In this document: positions 1 to 10,100 of the stretch, in pieces | How positions within the stretch are numbered: position 1 is the first letter of the stretch | How the letters are laid out: each line of letters opens with the position of its first letter | Assembly: GCA_963675595.2 (NCBI GenBank) | Contig: CAXXLZ010000002.1 | Location: 2,304,001 to 2,368,000, forward strand | Origin: Thermodesulfobacteriota bacterium | GTDB taxonomy: Bacteria > Desulfobacterota > Desulfarculia > JACQYL01 | Direction of reading: 5' to 3' | Length of the DNA stretch: 64,000 nucleotides | The notes under the pieces: generated by a model | Told to the model about the DNA's origin: nothing | The model's input: only the letters and a program-made list of their open reading frames with translations | Databases searched by the model: none | Made by a program: the position numbers and the translations under genes

Positions 1-1136
1 CGCCCCTCATGGAATGGACCGAGCTTTTCGCCCGAGGAATCGGTGAAAACACGGATGTCGTGGAGAAGGAAATGTATACTTTTCCCGACAGCCAGGGCCG
101 TTCCATCTCACTGCGGCCGGAGGCCACGGCCGGAGTCGTGAGGGCCTATATTGAAAACAAGCTTTACGCCGCAAATCCGGTGTCGAAATTGTTCACCATC
201 GGTCCGATGTTCAGGCACGAGCGTCCCCAAAAGGGAAGATTCCGCCAGTTCCACCAGATCAACGTAGAGGCCGTGGGAGACCCCGGTCCCGCCATCGACG
301 CCGAAATCATCGCCATGGGACTTTGGTTCTTCGAGCGCATCGGACTCCGGGATTTCCGTCTCAGCCTCAACAGCCTGGGGTGTCCCGACTGCCGTCCCGA
401 TTTCAAGAAGGCCTTACTTTCCTTTTTTGAAACCCGCGAGAGCCGGCTTTGCGAGGACTGCAGACGAAGACTGAACAAGAATCCTCTCCGCATTCTGGAT
501 TGCAAGGTGCCGACATGTCGGGAAGTGGTCCAGGGAGCTCCGGCAACCGTGGACCATCTCTGTTCGGACTGCGGCGCACATTTCGCCAAAGTCCGCGAAG
601 GCATGGACCGTCTCGGAATCGATTACGATTTGAACCCCCTTTTGGTACGTGGTCTGGACTACTACACGAGAACCGCGTTCGAAGTGACCACCACCCGTCT
701 GGGCGCCCAGGACGCCTTCATGGGCGGGGGGCGCTATGACGGTTTGACCGCGCTTCTGGACGGCCCGGCCACACCGGCCATTGGATTCGCCATCGGCATG
801 GAAAGGCTTCATCTTCTGGTCGGGGACTTGGCCCCGGAAACAAGGCCCGACCTCTACGTAGCGGCCCTCGGTGAAGCGGGCCTCGATCGTGCTTTCGCTC
901 TCACCCACGCATTGCGCAAAGCCGGGATGTGGGTCGAAACCGGTTATGAGGACAAGAGCCTGAAAAGCCGGATGAAACAGGCGGACCGCCTGGGAGCGAA
1001 ACACGTTCTCATTCTGGGATCGGAAGAGATCGAAAAGGGCAAAGCCGTCTTAAGAAACATGCGGAACAAGGAACAGCGGGAAGTCGACTTGGCCTCCCTG
1101 CCGGAAAGCCTTCTTTCGCTGCTCGGCGAGGAGTGA
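1..1136 (+). CDS. hisS: Histidyl-tRNA synthetase (5' end lies outside the window)
   Basis: KEMYTF, LRPEATAG, FRHERPQKGRFRQFHQ, LVRGLDYYT and GGGRYD motifs; frame open from the window start. Confidence 0.97.
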   Translation, partial: PLMEWTELFARGIGENTDVVEKEMYTFPDSQGRSISLRPEATAGVVRAYIENKLYAANPVSKLFTIGPMFRHERPQKGRFRQFHQINVEAVGDPGPAIDAEIIAMGLWFFERIGLRDFRLSLNSLGCPDCRPDFKKALLSFFETRESRLCEDCRRRLNKNPLRILDCKVPTCREVVQGAPATVDHLCSDCGAHFAKVREGMDRLGIDYDLNPLLVRGLDYYTRTAFEVTTTRLGAQDAFMGGGRYDGLTALLDGPATPAIGFAIGMERLHLLVGDLAPETRPDLYVAALGEAGLDRAFALTHALRKAGMWVETGYEDKSLKSRMKQADRLGAKHVLILGSEEIEKGKAVLRNMRNKEQREVDLASLPESLLSLLGEE

Positions 1137-1142
1137 GCAACT

Positions 1143-2915
1143 TTGGAAAAACTGAAACGTTCCCGAACCTGTGGAGAATTGAACAGCGCCCATTTGGGGC
1201 AAACGGTCGTGCTCGCGGGTTGGGTTCACCGTCATCGAGATCTGGGAGGGCTCATCTTTGTCGATCTTCGAGATCGAGAAGGGATGACCCAAGTGGTCTT
1301 CAATCCGGACTACGATGCGGAGCCCCTTGAACAGGCCAAGAGTCTTCGTTCCGAATTCGTCATTGCGGTGCGAGGAGTGGTGCAGTCCCGTCCGGATAAC
1401 ATGAAGAACCCCGACTTGGCCACCGGTGAGATCGAAGTGGCGGTCAACGCCCTGGAGATACTCAACACCGCCGAAGTCCTTCCCTTCGTCATCGACGAAG
1501 CTCACACCGCTTCCGAGGTGCTCCGCTTGGAATACCGGTACCTGGACCTCAGACGGCCTACGGTTCTCGAAGCCTTCAAACTGAGGCACCGAGTTACGAA
1601 CACCATACGCAATTACATGAACGACCACGGCTTCATGGACGTGGAAACGCCCATGCTCACCAGAAGCACACCCGAAGGGGCACGGGACTATGTGGTGCCG
1701 AGCCGCACCCAGCGAGGTCGCTTCTACGCGCTGCCGCAGTCGCCGCAATTGTTCAAACAGCTTCTTATGGTGGCGGGTTTCGAAAAATACTTTCAAATCG
1801 TGAAATGCTTCCGCGATGAGGACCTGAGAGCGGATCGGCAACCGGAATTCACCCAGTTGGACATCGAGATGTCTTTTGTTGAAGAAGAAGACGTCATCGC
1901 ACTCATGGAAGGACTCCTTTGTAAGTTATGGCGTGAGGTCCTCGATCAGGAGATTCCCGTTCCCTTTCCCCGCCTCACCTACCTGGAAGCCATGGACCGT
2001 TTCGGAACGGATCGGCCCGACTTGCGTTTCGGCATGGAACTCGTGGATATCTCGTCCCACTGTGCGCAATGCGGATTTCAGGTGTTTGCGGATGCCGTTG
2101 GGTCCGGCGGCGTGGTCAAAGCAATCAACGCGTCGGGATGTGGAACTTTCTCGCGCAAACAAATCGACGAGCTTACCGACCTCGTGAAGCAGAGCGGAGC
2201 CGCCGGACTTGCGTGGGCCAAGCCGAAAAGTCCCGAAGAATGGCAATCCCCCATCGCGAAGTTCCTGACGCCCGGAGAGCGGTCCGCCATCCATCAAGCG
2301 CTGGAGCTCAAGGAAAACGATTTAGCTCTCTTCGTAAGCGGACGAAGCGACATCGTGAACGACAGCCTGGGCAGGCTCAGGATTCATTTGGGTCGCAAAC
2401 TGGAACTCGCCGATCCTTCCGTGTTCCGCTTCACCTGGGTAACCCATTTCCCTCTTGTTGAATTCGATGAGGAAGAAAACCGTTACGCCGCAGTGCATCA
2501 CCCTTTCACCGCCCCCCTCGACGAAGACCTGACGTACCTTGAATCCGAGCCCGGGAAAGTGCGGTCCAGAGCCTACGACGTGGTACTCAACGGAAACGAA
2601 ATCGGAGGAGGCAGTATTCGAAATCACAGAATGGACATTCAAACCCGGGTCTTCCAGGCACTGTCCATCGACGGCGGAGAAGCCGAAGAGAAATTCGGGT
2701 TCCTTTTGAAAGCGCTGACGTTGGGGGCACCGCCCCACGGAGGTATTGCTCTCGGATTGGATCGCCTCTCCATGCTCATGGCGGGCAAACCGTCGATTCG
2801 AGACGTGATCGCCTTCCCTAAAACAACGACCGGAATGTGCCCTCTCACCGGCGCACCGGCGTCAATCGACGAAAGACAGCTCAAAGAACTTGGAATCACG
2901 CCGTTTTCCCGGTAA
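1143..2915 (+). CDS. aspS: Aspartyl-tRNA synthetase
   Basis: GWVHRHRDLGGLIFVDLRD, PEGARDY, LPQSPQLFKQLLM, PPHGGIALGLDR; canonical hisS-aspS order; TTG start after GAGGAG. Confidence 0.98.
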   Translation: MEKLKRSRTCGELNSAHLGQTVVLAGWVHRHRDLGGLIFVDLRDREGMTQVVFNPDYDAEPLEQAKSLRSEFVIAVRGVVQSRPDNMKNPDLATGEIEVAVNALEILNTAEVLPFVIDEAHTASEVLRLEYRYLDLRRPTVLEAFKLRHRVTNTIRNYMNDHGFMDVETPMLTRSTPEGARDYVVPSRTQRGRFYALPQSPQLFKQLLMVAGFEKYFQIVKCFRDEDLRADRQPEFTQLDIEMSFVEEEDVIALMEGLLCKLWREVLDQEIPVPFPRLTYLEAMDRFGTDRPDLRFGMELVDISSHCAQCGFQVFADAVGSGGVVKAINASGCGTFSRKQIDELTDLVKQSGAAGLAWAKPKSPEEWQSPIAKFLTPGERSAIHQALELKENDLALFVSGRSDIVNDSLGRLRIHLGRKLELADPSVFRFTWVTHFPLVEFDEEENRYAAVHHPFTAPLDEDLTYLESEPGKVRSRAYDVVLNGNEIGGGSIRNHRMDIQTRVFQALSIDGGEAEEKFGFLLKALTLGAPPHGGIALGLDRLSMLMAGKPSIRDVIAFPKTTTGMCPLTGAPASIDERQLKELGITPFSR

Positions 2916-2937
2916 TGTAAGGGGCCCGTCTTTATTC

Positions 2938-2967
2938 TTGACAATGCGATGGCGAGTCCATTAGTTT
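2938..2967 (+). promoter_or_regulatory. Putative sigma70 promoter for the biotin carrier gene
   Basis: TTGACA-N18-TAGTTT in the intergenic region. Confidence 0.4.
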
Positions 2968-3100
2968 GATTTGGTTTGGTGTGGAGGAATTGTGATGCGG
3001 CCGGCCGGGGTTGCTTCGGTCCCGCCCCCGGCAAAGACAATGGTGATGCTTCGATTGGCTACAAGCATGAAGAGCGTTTTCGAACAGGAGGATGTTTGAA

Positions 3101-3313
3101 ATGAGTGAAGTCTGCGCACCCATGGCAGGAAAAATCATCAAGATTCTCGTTTCTCCGGGGGACAACGTTGCTGAAGACGAGGAAGTTTTGATCATGGAAG
3201 CCATGAAGATGGAGATGCCGGTCGTATGCACGTGCGACGGCGCCATCAAGGATATTAAGGTCAAAGAGGGAGAAGCGGTGGAAGCGGAGCAGGTGCTTAT
3301 CCTCGTGGACTAG
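3101..3313 (+). CDS. Stand-alone biotin/lipoyl carrier protein
   Basis: APMAGKI...EAMKME biotinylation motif; AGGAGG RBS favours the ATG at 3101. Confidence 0.9.
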   Translation: MSEVCAPMAGKIIKILVSPGDNVAEDEEVLIMEAMKMEMPVVCTCDGAIKDIKVKEGEAVEAEQVLILVD

Positions 3314-3405
3314 CCCTTCGCAACGGCGTTTCTTGAAAAGCCGTTCCCGGAACCTTTCGAGATACCTACTCTCTCGTCTTGACAAAACCGGATCAGGCTA
3401 TCAAA

Positions 3406-3451
3406 GGGGAAGGTTTCTCGCTAATATTGAGGGGCCTTCCCCTGAGTTTTT
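3406..3451 (+). terminator. Putative intrinsic terminator
   Basis: GGGGAAGGTTTCTC / GAGGGGCCTTCCCC 14-bp stem (3 G-U pairs) followed by TGAGTTTTT. Confidence 0.45.
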
Positions 3452-3767
3452 GGGCGCTCGATAGACGCGCTTTTCAGCCGTCGAGGCAAACGTCTTCTGA
3501 TGACGGCCCTCCGCCGAACCCGTTATCCGCCAAGCGTTAGAGGATTTCAGCGACGCGCGTGACGTGCTCTATTCATGGGGGTAAGCGTTCCGGTTCGTGA
3601 TCGCGGTTCCGGCGGCACGCAGGAGAGTCGGCAACCTTTGTCATTCGTATTTCAACGGATGGTGACGGCGGGTGTGTTCTGAACCCATCACAGATGGAAT
3701 CCAATCGACCGAAGAACGACAAGCAAGAACGGGTAACGGACTTCCGTGGAGACGTGGTGATAACGTT

Positions 3768-4208
3768 ATGGAGATGATTGAAACCGCAACACGGCTGCTT
3801 GAGGATTGGCTGCCGGAAGGAGATTGGGAGGAGCTTCGCCAGGTGTTCACGGACGATGTTACTTACGTGGATGCCAACAATCTGGCCACTTCCGGCAAAG
3901 ACTCGGTAATCGGACTCCTAAGAAAGGGCAACCGCCTTGCACGAATGATCTGGGAAGACGAAATCATCCCCCCCAACCGCGTGCTGAACACAATCAAACA
4001 AAATCGGCAGGCATTTGTGGAATGGGAAGCGCGAGGAGCCCTCAAAAACGGAGTTTCCGTAACGATCCCCGGCTGTACCGTACTCCGGTTTCAGAAGTAT
4101 CGCATTCAGTACTACCGCGACTACGTTAATTTTGCCATATTCGTGCAGTGGGCCCAAATGTATCCCGAAGTCTTTCGCGAACTCGCCGAAACGGAAACAG
4201 CCACGTAA
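3768..4208 (+). CDS. SnoaL/NTF2-like domain protein
   Basis: W...GDWEELRQVFTDDVTYVD...AFVEW...GCTVLRF...IQYYRDY pattern; start chosen at ATG 3768. Confidence 0.7.
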   Translation: MEMIETATRLLEDWLPEGDWEELRQVFTDDVTYVDANNLATSGKDSVIGLLRKGNRLARMIWEDEIIPPNRVLNTIKQNRQAFVEWEARGALKNGVSVTIPGCTVLRFQKYRIQYYRDYVNFAIFVQWAQMYPEVFRELAETETAT

Positions 4209-4281
4209 AGAATTGTGCGACCCATGAGGCCGTACCATCGGCCTAAAGAAACGGCGCTTGATCAAGAGCCGTCTTCCACGA

Positions 4282-4734
4282 CTATTCTTTCTCCCCCAGA
4301 CTCCGAATTCTCTCATCCAGAGGCGTGGTTTCCGTCATGCGGAGACCGAAACGATCGTTGACCACCACCACGTCGCCGCGTCCGATGAGATTATCGTTCA
4401 CCAGCAGATCCAACTTCTCCCCCGCGTCCTTGTCCAATTCAATGATGCTTCCCTGGCCCAATTGCATCAGGTCGCTGATCACAAGACGTGTTTCACCCAG
4501 GCGGATCCGCACCACCACGGGAATTCTCAGCAGCAGCTCCAATCCGAGGGTACGAGGCCGTTTAACCGGTTCAGGCGCTTTGGCGGACCGATCCGCCGGG
4601 GGCGCCTCTTCCGACGCAGGAGCCTTCTGTTCGGGCTTCCCTTCTTTGGCGGCCCCCTCCTCGGCGATCCGTTGTTCCTCCAGAGCCTCCGCCCACACGT
4701 CGTCGATATTGTCTATTTGCTCTTTTTCAGACAC
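4282..4734 (-). CDS. fliN: Flagellar motor switch protein FliN
   Basis: N-terminal DDVWAEALEEQ and SPOA domain LLLRIPVVVRIRLG...GSIIELDKDAGEKLDLLVN..LIGRGDVVVVNDRFGLRMTE. Confidence 0.92.
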   Translation of the reverse strand: MSEKEQIDNIDDVWAEALEEQRIAEEGAAKEGKPEQKAPASEEAPPADRSAKAPEPVKRPRTLGLELLLRIPVVVRIRLGETRLVISDLMQLGQGSIIELDKDAGEKLDLLVNDNLIGRGDVVVVNDRFGLRMTETTPLDERIRSLGEKE

Positions 4735-4906
4735 CGGGACCTCTTTCCACCAAAATCCCCAAACCGTAACTCCCGCCGTTATGGATCGGCAATCTGAACC
4801 CGCCCGAACGAGAATATCGCATACTCGTAGTATACCACGAAATTAAAGCCCAACGGCTTCGTAAAAGAAGCAAGGCCCAAAACCGCCTACGGCTTTCGGT
4901 TCTCCA

Positions 4907-6349
4907 CTAAACGTCGAAGACCGCCTGAACTCTCACGGGGACTTCCACCAAGTCCTCCTTGATGACCAGCACTTCCTTACGGCTCACCTTCCTGAGAAAC
5001 ACATGCTTGGCGGGATAGTCCATCCATGCTTCCTGCAATGCCTGTTTCGCCTTTTCCAGAGTTTCGCTTTCCGCCAACTGGGTAAAGGCACCATTTACCA
5101 TGGCATATACTCGGTAGCACTCTCCAAGAATTCTTGCTTCCCCCCGCTCCTCAAGCACGATCTGGGACGGAGGGGCGCCCATGGACTGGGGCGATGCGGA
5201 CCGTTGAGAGCGATCCGCGGCCGGAATCGGATCAAGCTTAGTGTCCGGCAAAGGCTCGGGTTTCGCGGCCGACGGAGGCGGACATTCTCCTCCGTTCATC
5301 TCCTTACGCGCATCCTCCAATAACGCATCCACGGCGCTCTGCTGGGAAAAGTCTTCCGTGTAGGGCGCCGGCTCAATATCCAGAGGAACATCACCCGCAG
5401 TCAAATCAGGGCCCTTGGGAATCATGTCCCGGACGGGCGCAGCAAGAGCTTCCGAATCTTCCTCGACGGCACTCTCCTCAGGCTCCGGAGTCTGTTCCGC
5501 CGGCTCGGAGTCTTCGCTCGCCTCTTCAGGCGCCGGCTCCTCTTCGGCATCCGATTCGATTGAGGAGAAGAGACTTTCGATGGAAGATTGATCCAAAACG
5601 CCGTTGCCTTCGGGTTCTTCCAGCGGAGTCTCTTCTTCCGAATCCGACGAGCCGGATTGGAGCATGTCATTGAGCAGACTGTCAATATCGGCCTGTCCAA
5701 CCAGCCCCCCGGACCCGGTGTCGCCCGTCGACTTCGTCCCGCCGTCGGAAGGCGTTTCGGGTTCAGCCTCCTTCTGCGCGGCTCCGCCCGGCAGACCACT
5801 TAAAAGGGACTCGATGTCGTCTTGAGACATCGTCTCCTTTTTGCGCGGGGGTTCCTTCACGGGTTCGGGTGTCGTGTCACCGCCCGCAGGACTGAACAAC
5901 GCATCAAGGTCGTCCTGCGACAGAACGCTGCCCGGAGACGAAGGTTCCTCGGCTGTTTCCTCCCGATCATCTCCTCCTGCTCCACTCAGCAACAGATCTA
6001 TGTCGTCCTGCGACACGGTACCGCCTGTCTGTTCTTTTTCGGATCCTTTGCCGGACCCGTTGCCTGATTTATTCAAGTACGAATCCATTTCTCTCCGAAT
6101 GGAGGCCATGGTCAACTTGAGAGCGGGTGGAGAGAGCCGATTGAGAAAGGATTCAAGGGCCGCCTTCACCACTTCGACATTGGAATCTTCAAAGTGCTCG
6201 TTATGGCGGTCGAGGAATTGCATGATCTCCTCGACGGTTCCTTTGTACTTCTCTCGCTTGGCAATCTGTATGAGGGCATCCCGTTCGCTGCTGAGCTTCT
6301 TGTTCGCCTCCTCAATGAGCTCGCCCAGTTTGAGTTGTGATCGAGCCAT
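4907..6349 (-). CDS. Hypothetical acidic protein with six SQDDIDxLL-type motifs
   Basis: Long ORF; ATG 6349 preceded by AGGTGAG; helical N-terminus, E/P/S/G-rich linker with repeated motifs, globular-looking C-terminus. Confidence 0.85.
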   Translation of the reverse strand: MARSQLKLGELIEEANKKLSSERDALIQIAKREKYKGTVEEIMQFLDRHNEHFEDSNVEVVKAALESFLNRLSPPALKLTMASIRREMDSYLNKSGNGSGKGSEKEQTGGTVSQDDIDLLLSGAGGDDREETAEEPSSPGSVLSQDDLDALFSPAGGDTTPEPVKEPPRKKETMSQDDIESLLSGLPGGAAQKEAEPETPSDGGTKSTGDTGSGGLVGQADIDSLLNDMLQSGSSDSEEETPLEEPEGNGVLDQSSIESLFSSIESDAEEEPAPEEASEDSEPAEQTPEPEESAVEEDSEALAAPVRDMIPKGPDLTAGDVPLDIEPAPYTEDFSQQSAVDALLEDARKEMNGGECPPPSAAKPEPLPDTKLDPIPAADRSQRSASPQSMGAPPSQIVLEERGEARILGECYRVYAMVNGAFTQLAESETLEKAKQALQEAWMDYPAKHVFLRKVSRKEVLVIKEDLVEVPVRVQAVFDV

Positions 6350-6629
6350 GGTTCTCACCTGTGTCCCGGGTTGTTCGTCACACCGTGTCCCTGTACCCGG
6401 AATACAAAACCCGTGCCGGCCCACGAAAGAAATCGTGAATTCTTTCTTGACCGGGCCGTTTCCGTCGTTTCATAAGAAAGAGAGCTCTGCGGGAGATTGG
6501 AGGGAGATCGGCAGCGTTCAGGATCATCGCCCCGAAGTTGATCTCCGGGCGGGAAACGCCGGCAAGGGCGCATTCTTTGCGCACCCTCGTTCCGCCGATG
6601 AGGCGCAAAAAGGGTTCTTTCTCGAAATT

Positions 6630-6658
6630 ATTCTACCCGCCCGTCAAAACATTGACAA
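6630..6658 (-). promoter_or_regulatory. Putative sigma70 promoter
   Basis: TTGTCA-N17-TAGAAT on the minus strand. Confidence 0.5.
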
Positions 6659-6760
6659 GGTTTCACAGCAACGACAAAAATCGGATGAAACTTCCGATGG
6701 GTACGCGGGGAAAGCCTCACCACCACGGAAACCGGATTGAAGCGCATTGCGGATGCCCCT

Positions 6761-7060
6761 TTAGTGAGTTATCTCACTCTGCGCTTCTTCTTCCTCGCCG
6801 AGGAAATAGGCATGGTATTCCTCCTCGGCCAAATGTTTCTTGAGCAGCCGACTGATCAAATTGAAGATCTCTTCCAGTTCCTCTTCAGACAAGCGCTTTC
6901 GCAGAAGCTCCATCAACCGATCGTCCGAAAACTTCTGTAGAAAGACGATTACGGTGGCCTCATCCGTCTCTCTGTCCAAACCGAATCCCACAAGCCCTTC
7001 GTATTTCTCCACAAACCGATGCAAGTATTCTTTCATGTACAATTTCCCTTCCTTTTTCAT
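6761..7060 (-). CDS. Small hypothetical cytoplasmic protein (alternative start 7036)
   Basis: Protein-like composition (HRFVEKYEGLVGFGLDRETDE...LQKFSDD...LAEEEYHAYFL); co-oriented with the TPR gene. Confidence 0.75.
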   Translation of the reverse strand: MKKEGKLYMKEYLHRFVEKYEGLVGFGLDRETDEATVIVFLQKFSDDRLMELLRKRLSEEELEEIFNLISRLLKKHLAEEEYHAYFLGEEEEAQSEITH

Positions 7061-7112
7061 CTCAACGAGCCCGGGTAGTCCCTGATTCTTCCGGGCGTAA
7101 GCAGGCTGAACA

Positions 7113-10100
7113 CTATTGACCCGACGGGTTCGACGGCGGATCGGAGTTCGTTACCGCTTCGTCGGACCTCAAGCTGAATGTATCGGATTTGAACAGAAGC
7201 CGGTACGCCTGCTCGAAATCGGAAAGATAGTGCGCCTTATCCCCTTGTTTATAGCGAGCGGTGCCCCTGGAAAACAAACATACGATCTCTGCAATCTCAG
7301 GATCCAGACTCTCAAACGAAGACGGTCGGAGGCCGAGCCGCTGAAATTCAGCCGGCGGGGATTCGCCCACCAGTTCCATCGCCCGCGTAAAGGCTTCTTC
7401 AGCTCTCTGAAACTGAAACATCTTGAGATGCATGAGCCCTTTCCTAAAGAAGGCGCCACCATTCTTGGGAGCGAGTTCAACCACTTTGGAAAAATCTTTG
7501 GCCGCAAGATCGTATTCCAGTAATCCCTGATAGGCTTTACCTCGGAGGTAATGGAAAATCGCACGATCGGGATCGTAAACGATGGCTTCGGAATAATCCG
7601 ACACCGCAAGATCGACCTCACCCCGACTCTGATACCCGGTTCCCCGACCAACGAGAAAATCGGCAAAGGATTCGGAGGAACTCGCGTCTATCACCTGCTT
7701 TATGCGTTCGAGCAACTTGATCTCGCGCTCCTTTTCCAGGAAAGCCATACTCCTGCCGAGGCCGAACAACACGCTTTCTGAAGAAGCCCCTGCTTCAGCG
7801 GCCTTGAAGAAATCCTCCACGGCTTCGGAGTGACGTCCCATGCCTTGGAGCGCCCTAGCCCGCCCCAGGTAAGCCTCTCCCAGCTTTGAGTTGATGGAAA
7901 GAGCGCGGTCCAGGTCTCGCAGGGCGGGATCCCAAAGAAGCAACGCAAGGTATGCCTCTCCGCGCTTCAACCAGGCAAGCGCTGATTCCGGATGCTCTCT
8001 GATTTTCTTGGTACATTTGAACACGCCTGAAGGAGAAAGCCCCGTGTCGAGATAGATTTCGCCCTTTATCACGCGGCCCGCACCCACCGGCACACGGGTT
8101 TCCTTCGATCCGGATTTCAGTGAGTGCACGGGTTCAGGGGGCGCAACATCCGCACCGATCACCATACGGTAAGCCTCCAGCGCGTCCTCCCGCGCCAAGC
8201 TCATGCCGCCCGCTCTCGAATAACTCGCTCCCCTGGAAATGAGAAACAGAGGCAGCCTTAGATCGGCAGAAACTCCCAAGAACCGGGATGACGCAGCTAA
8301 ATCGCTCGAAAAAACGCTTCCGGAGCGCTCCAACTCGATGGCTGTCTCAAAATCCCGAATCGCCTCCAATGGTTTATGTAGGACGGCATAAGTCTTTCCT
8401 CGCAGGTAAAACGGGTCCGCGGTCGGATGTCCGTCCTCCATCGCAAGCGTATATTCGGCCAAAGCCTCTTCGGGGTGATGGGAAGCCAAACGGACGTTGC
8501 CCGACAACAGCCTGATTCCCGGTAGCTCCGCCGCCTCCAATGCCGTGCGGAAACGCTCCAAAGCCTCTTCAAGATTTCCCCCATCCGCTTCCCCCAGCGC
8601 CAACCCCGCCAGGTACGCAGCCAATGCATCCCGGCCTAATGCCTGCGAATCGATCGACGCAACGGGATCCGGATATTGGGCACTTGTCACGCCGGCGCCC
8701 GCCAGTCGGCCTGAGGCGAAGGCCGCCTTAACGAGCCCCGCATTGCTCTTCAACGCATTCAGGTAATCGTCCAGCGCCCGATCAAATTGAGAGGTCTCTT
8801 CGTACAATTCGCCTCTCTCCATCAACAAGCCCGGATCCGCTCCCCCGTATTCCAGTGCTCTACCGAGGCTTTCGCAGGCGGCTTCCTGCAATCCCAAGGC
8901 CCGCTGAACGGCACCCTTGACTCGATAAGCCTTCGGCAAATCCGAATCCAACGACAACGCTTTGGCCACATCCGCAGCGGCCGCTCCGTAATTTTTCAGC
9001 GCCATTCGAGCTTCCGCCCGCCCCAAGTATCCGTCGGGTCGGCCCGGGTTTGAGCGGATCAGCGTGTCGAAAGATGAAAGGGCCCGGTCGGGCTTGCCGG
9101 ATGCGAGGAGAGCTTTGCCCTGAATCCGCAAAGCGTCGGGATTCCCGGGAGCCCGCTTCAGAGCCTTTGTCGCGTCCTGAACGACGGCATCCCACACGCC
9201 GCGTTTCAAGTATAGTTCACCTCGCGTCAACAGTCCTCTCAATGAGTTGGGCTCCATTGCGAGGGCACGATTCGCATCGGCAAGGGCGGCTTCCCCGTCT
9301 CCCACCTGTTCCCGAAGTCGGGCACGCTGTAGGAGCACTTCAACGTCACCCGGCGCCGCTTCGAAGGCCGCGTCCAATTCCTCGAGGGCCTGAACCGGCA
9401 TTCCCCTCTCATAAAAACCGGAGGCACGCCCCATCAGAAAGTGCGCGTAGCATCTCCGTCCGTCGTCGGTTTCCATGTGGAAATCGTCTCGAGTCGGCGT
9501 TGTTCCGGATTGCGACTCCTCAAGAACGAGACTTCGCCCCAACGCTTCATGCGCATCGAAAAAGACGGGATCCGACTTCAAGAGCTCCTCGAATCGAGTC
9601 ACGGCTGCGGCATGTTCACCGCGAGACTGCCAAATCAGGCCTTGAAGGAACAGGAGTTCCCGATCCTCCGGTTTCCATCGGAGCCCCTCCTCCACATCAT
9701 GGTCCGCCGGCTCCGTCAGCCCCAAATCCAGGTAAGCCCTCGCTCGCATCCGATACGCTTCAGGTACCTCCGGCTTCAGCTCGGCGGCGCGCGAAAGCTC
9801 CCAAATGGCGGAATCCGGTCGGCCGTTGGCCAAGAATGTCGCAGCATCGGCAATCCGCCGCCGAAAACCGGAGAGGGCGGCCGCCGCACCCACTTTGCCG
9901 AAGCCGAATTCGGCGGTTGGCTTCAGATTTTCAATCAGGGAAGAATACGCGGTAAAAAGTTCGTCTCTCCCCAATTCAATTCGGCCCTGTTTCCCCAAGA
10001 GCCTTCCTCGGCACAGGTGTAGGAAGGGGGACGTCGCTTCGGGGCCCAACGACTCGATTCGCGAGCATCTTCGGACTAGAATTTCTCGGATATCCGTGCC

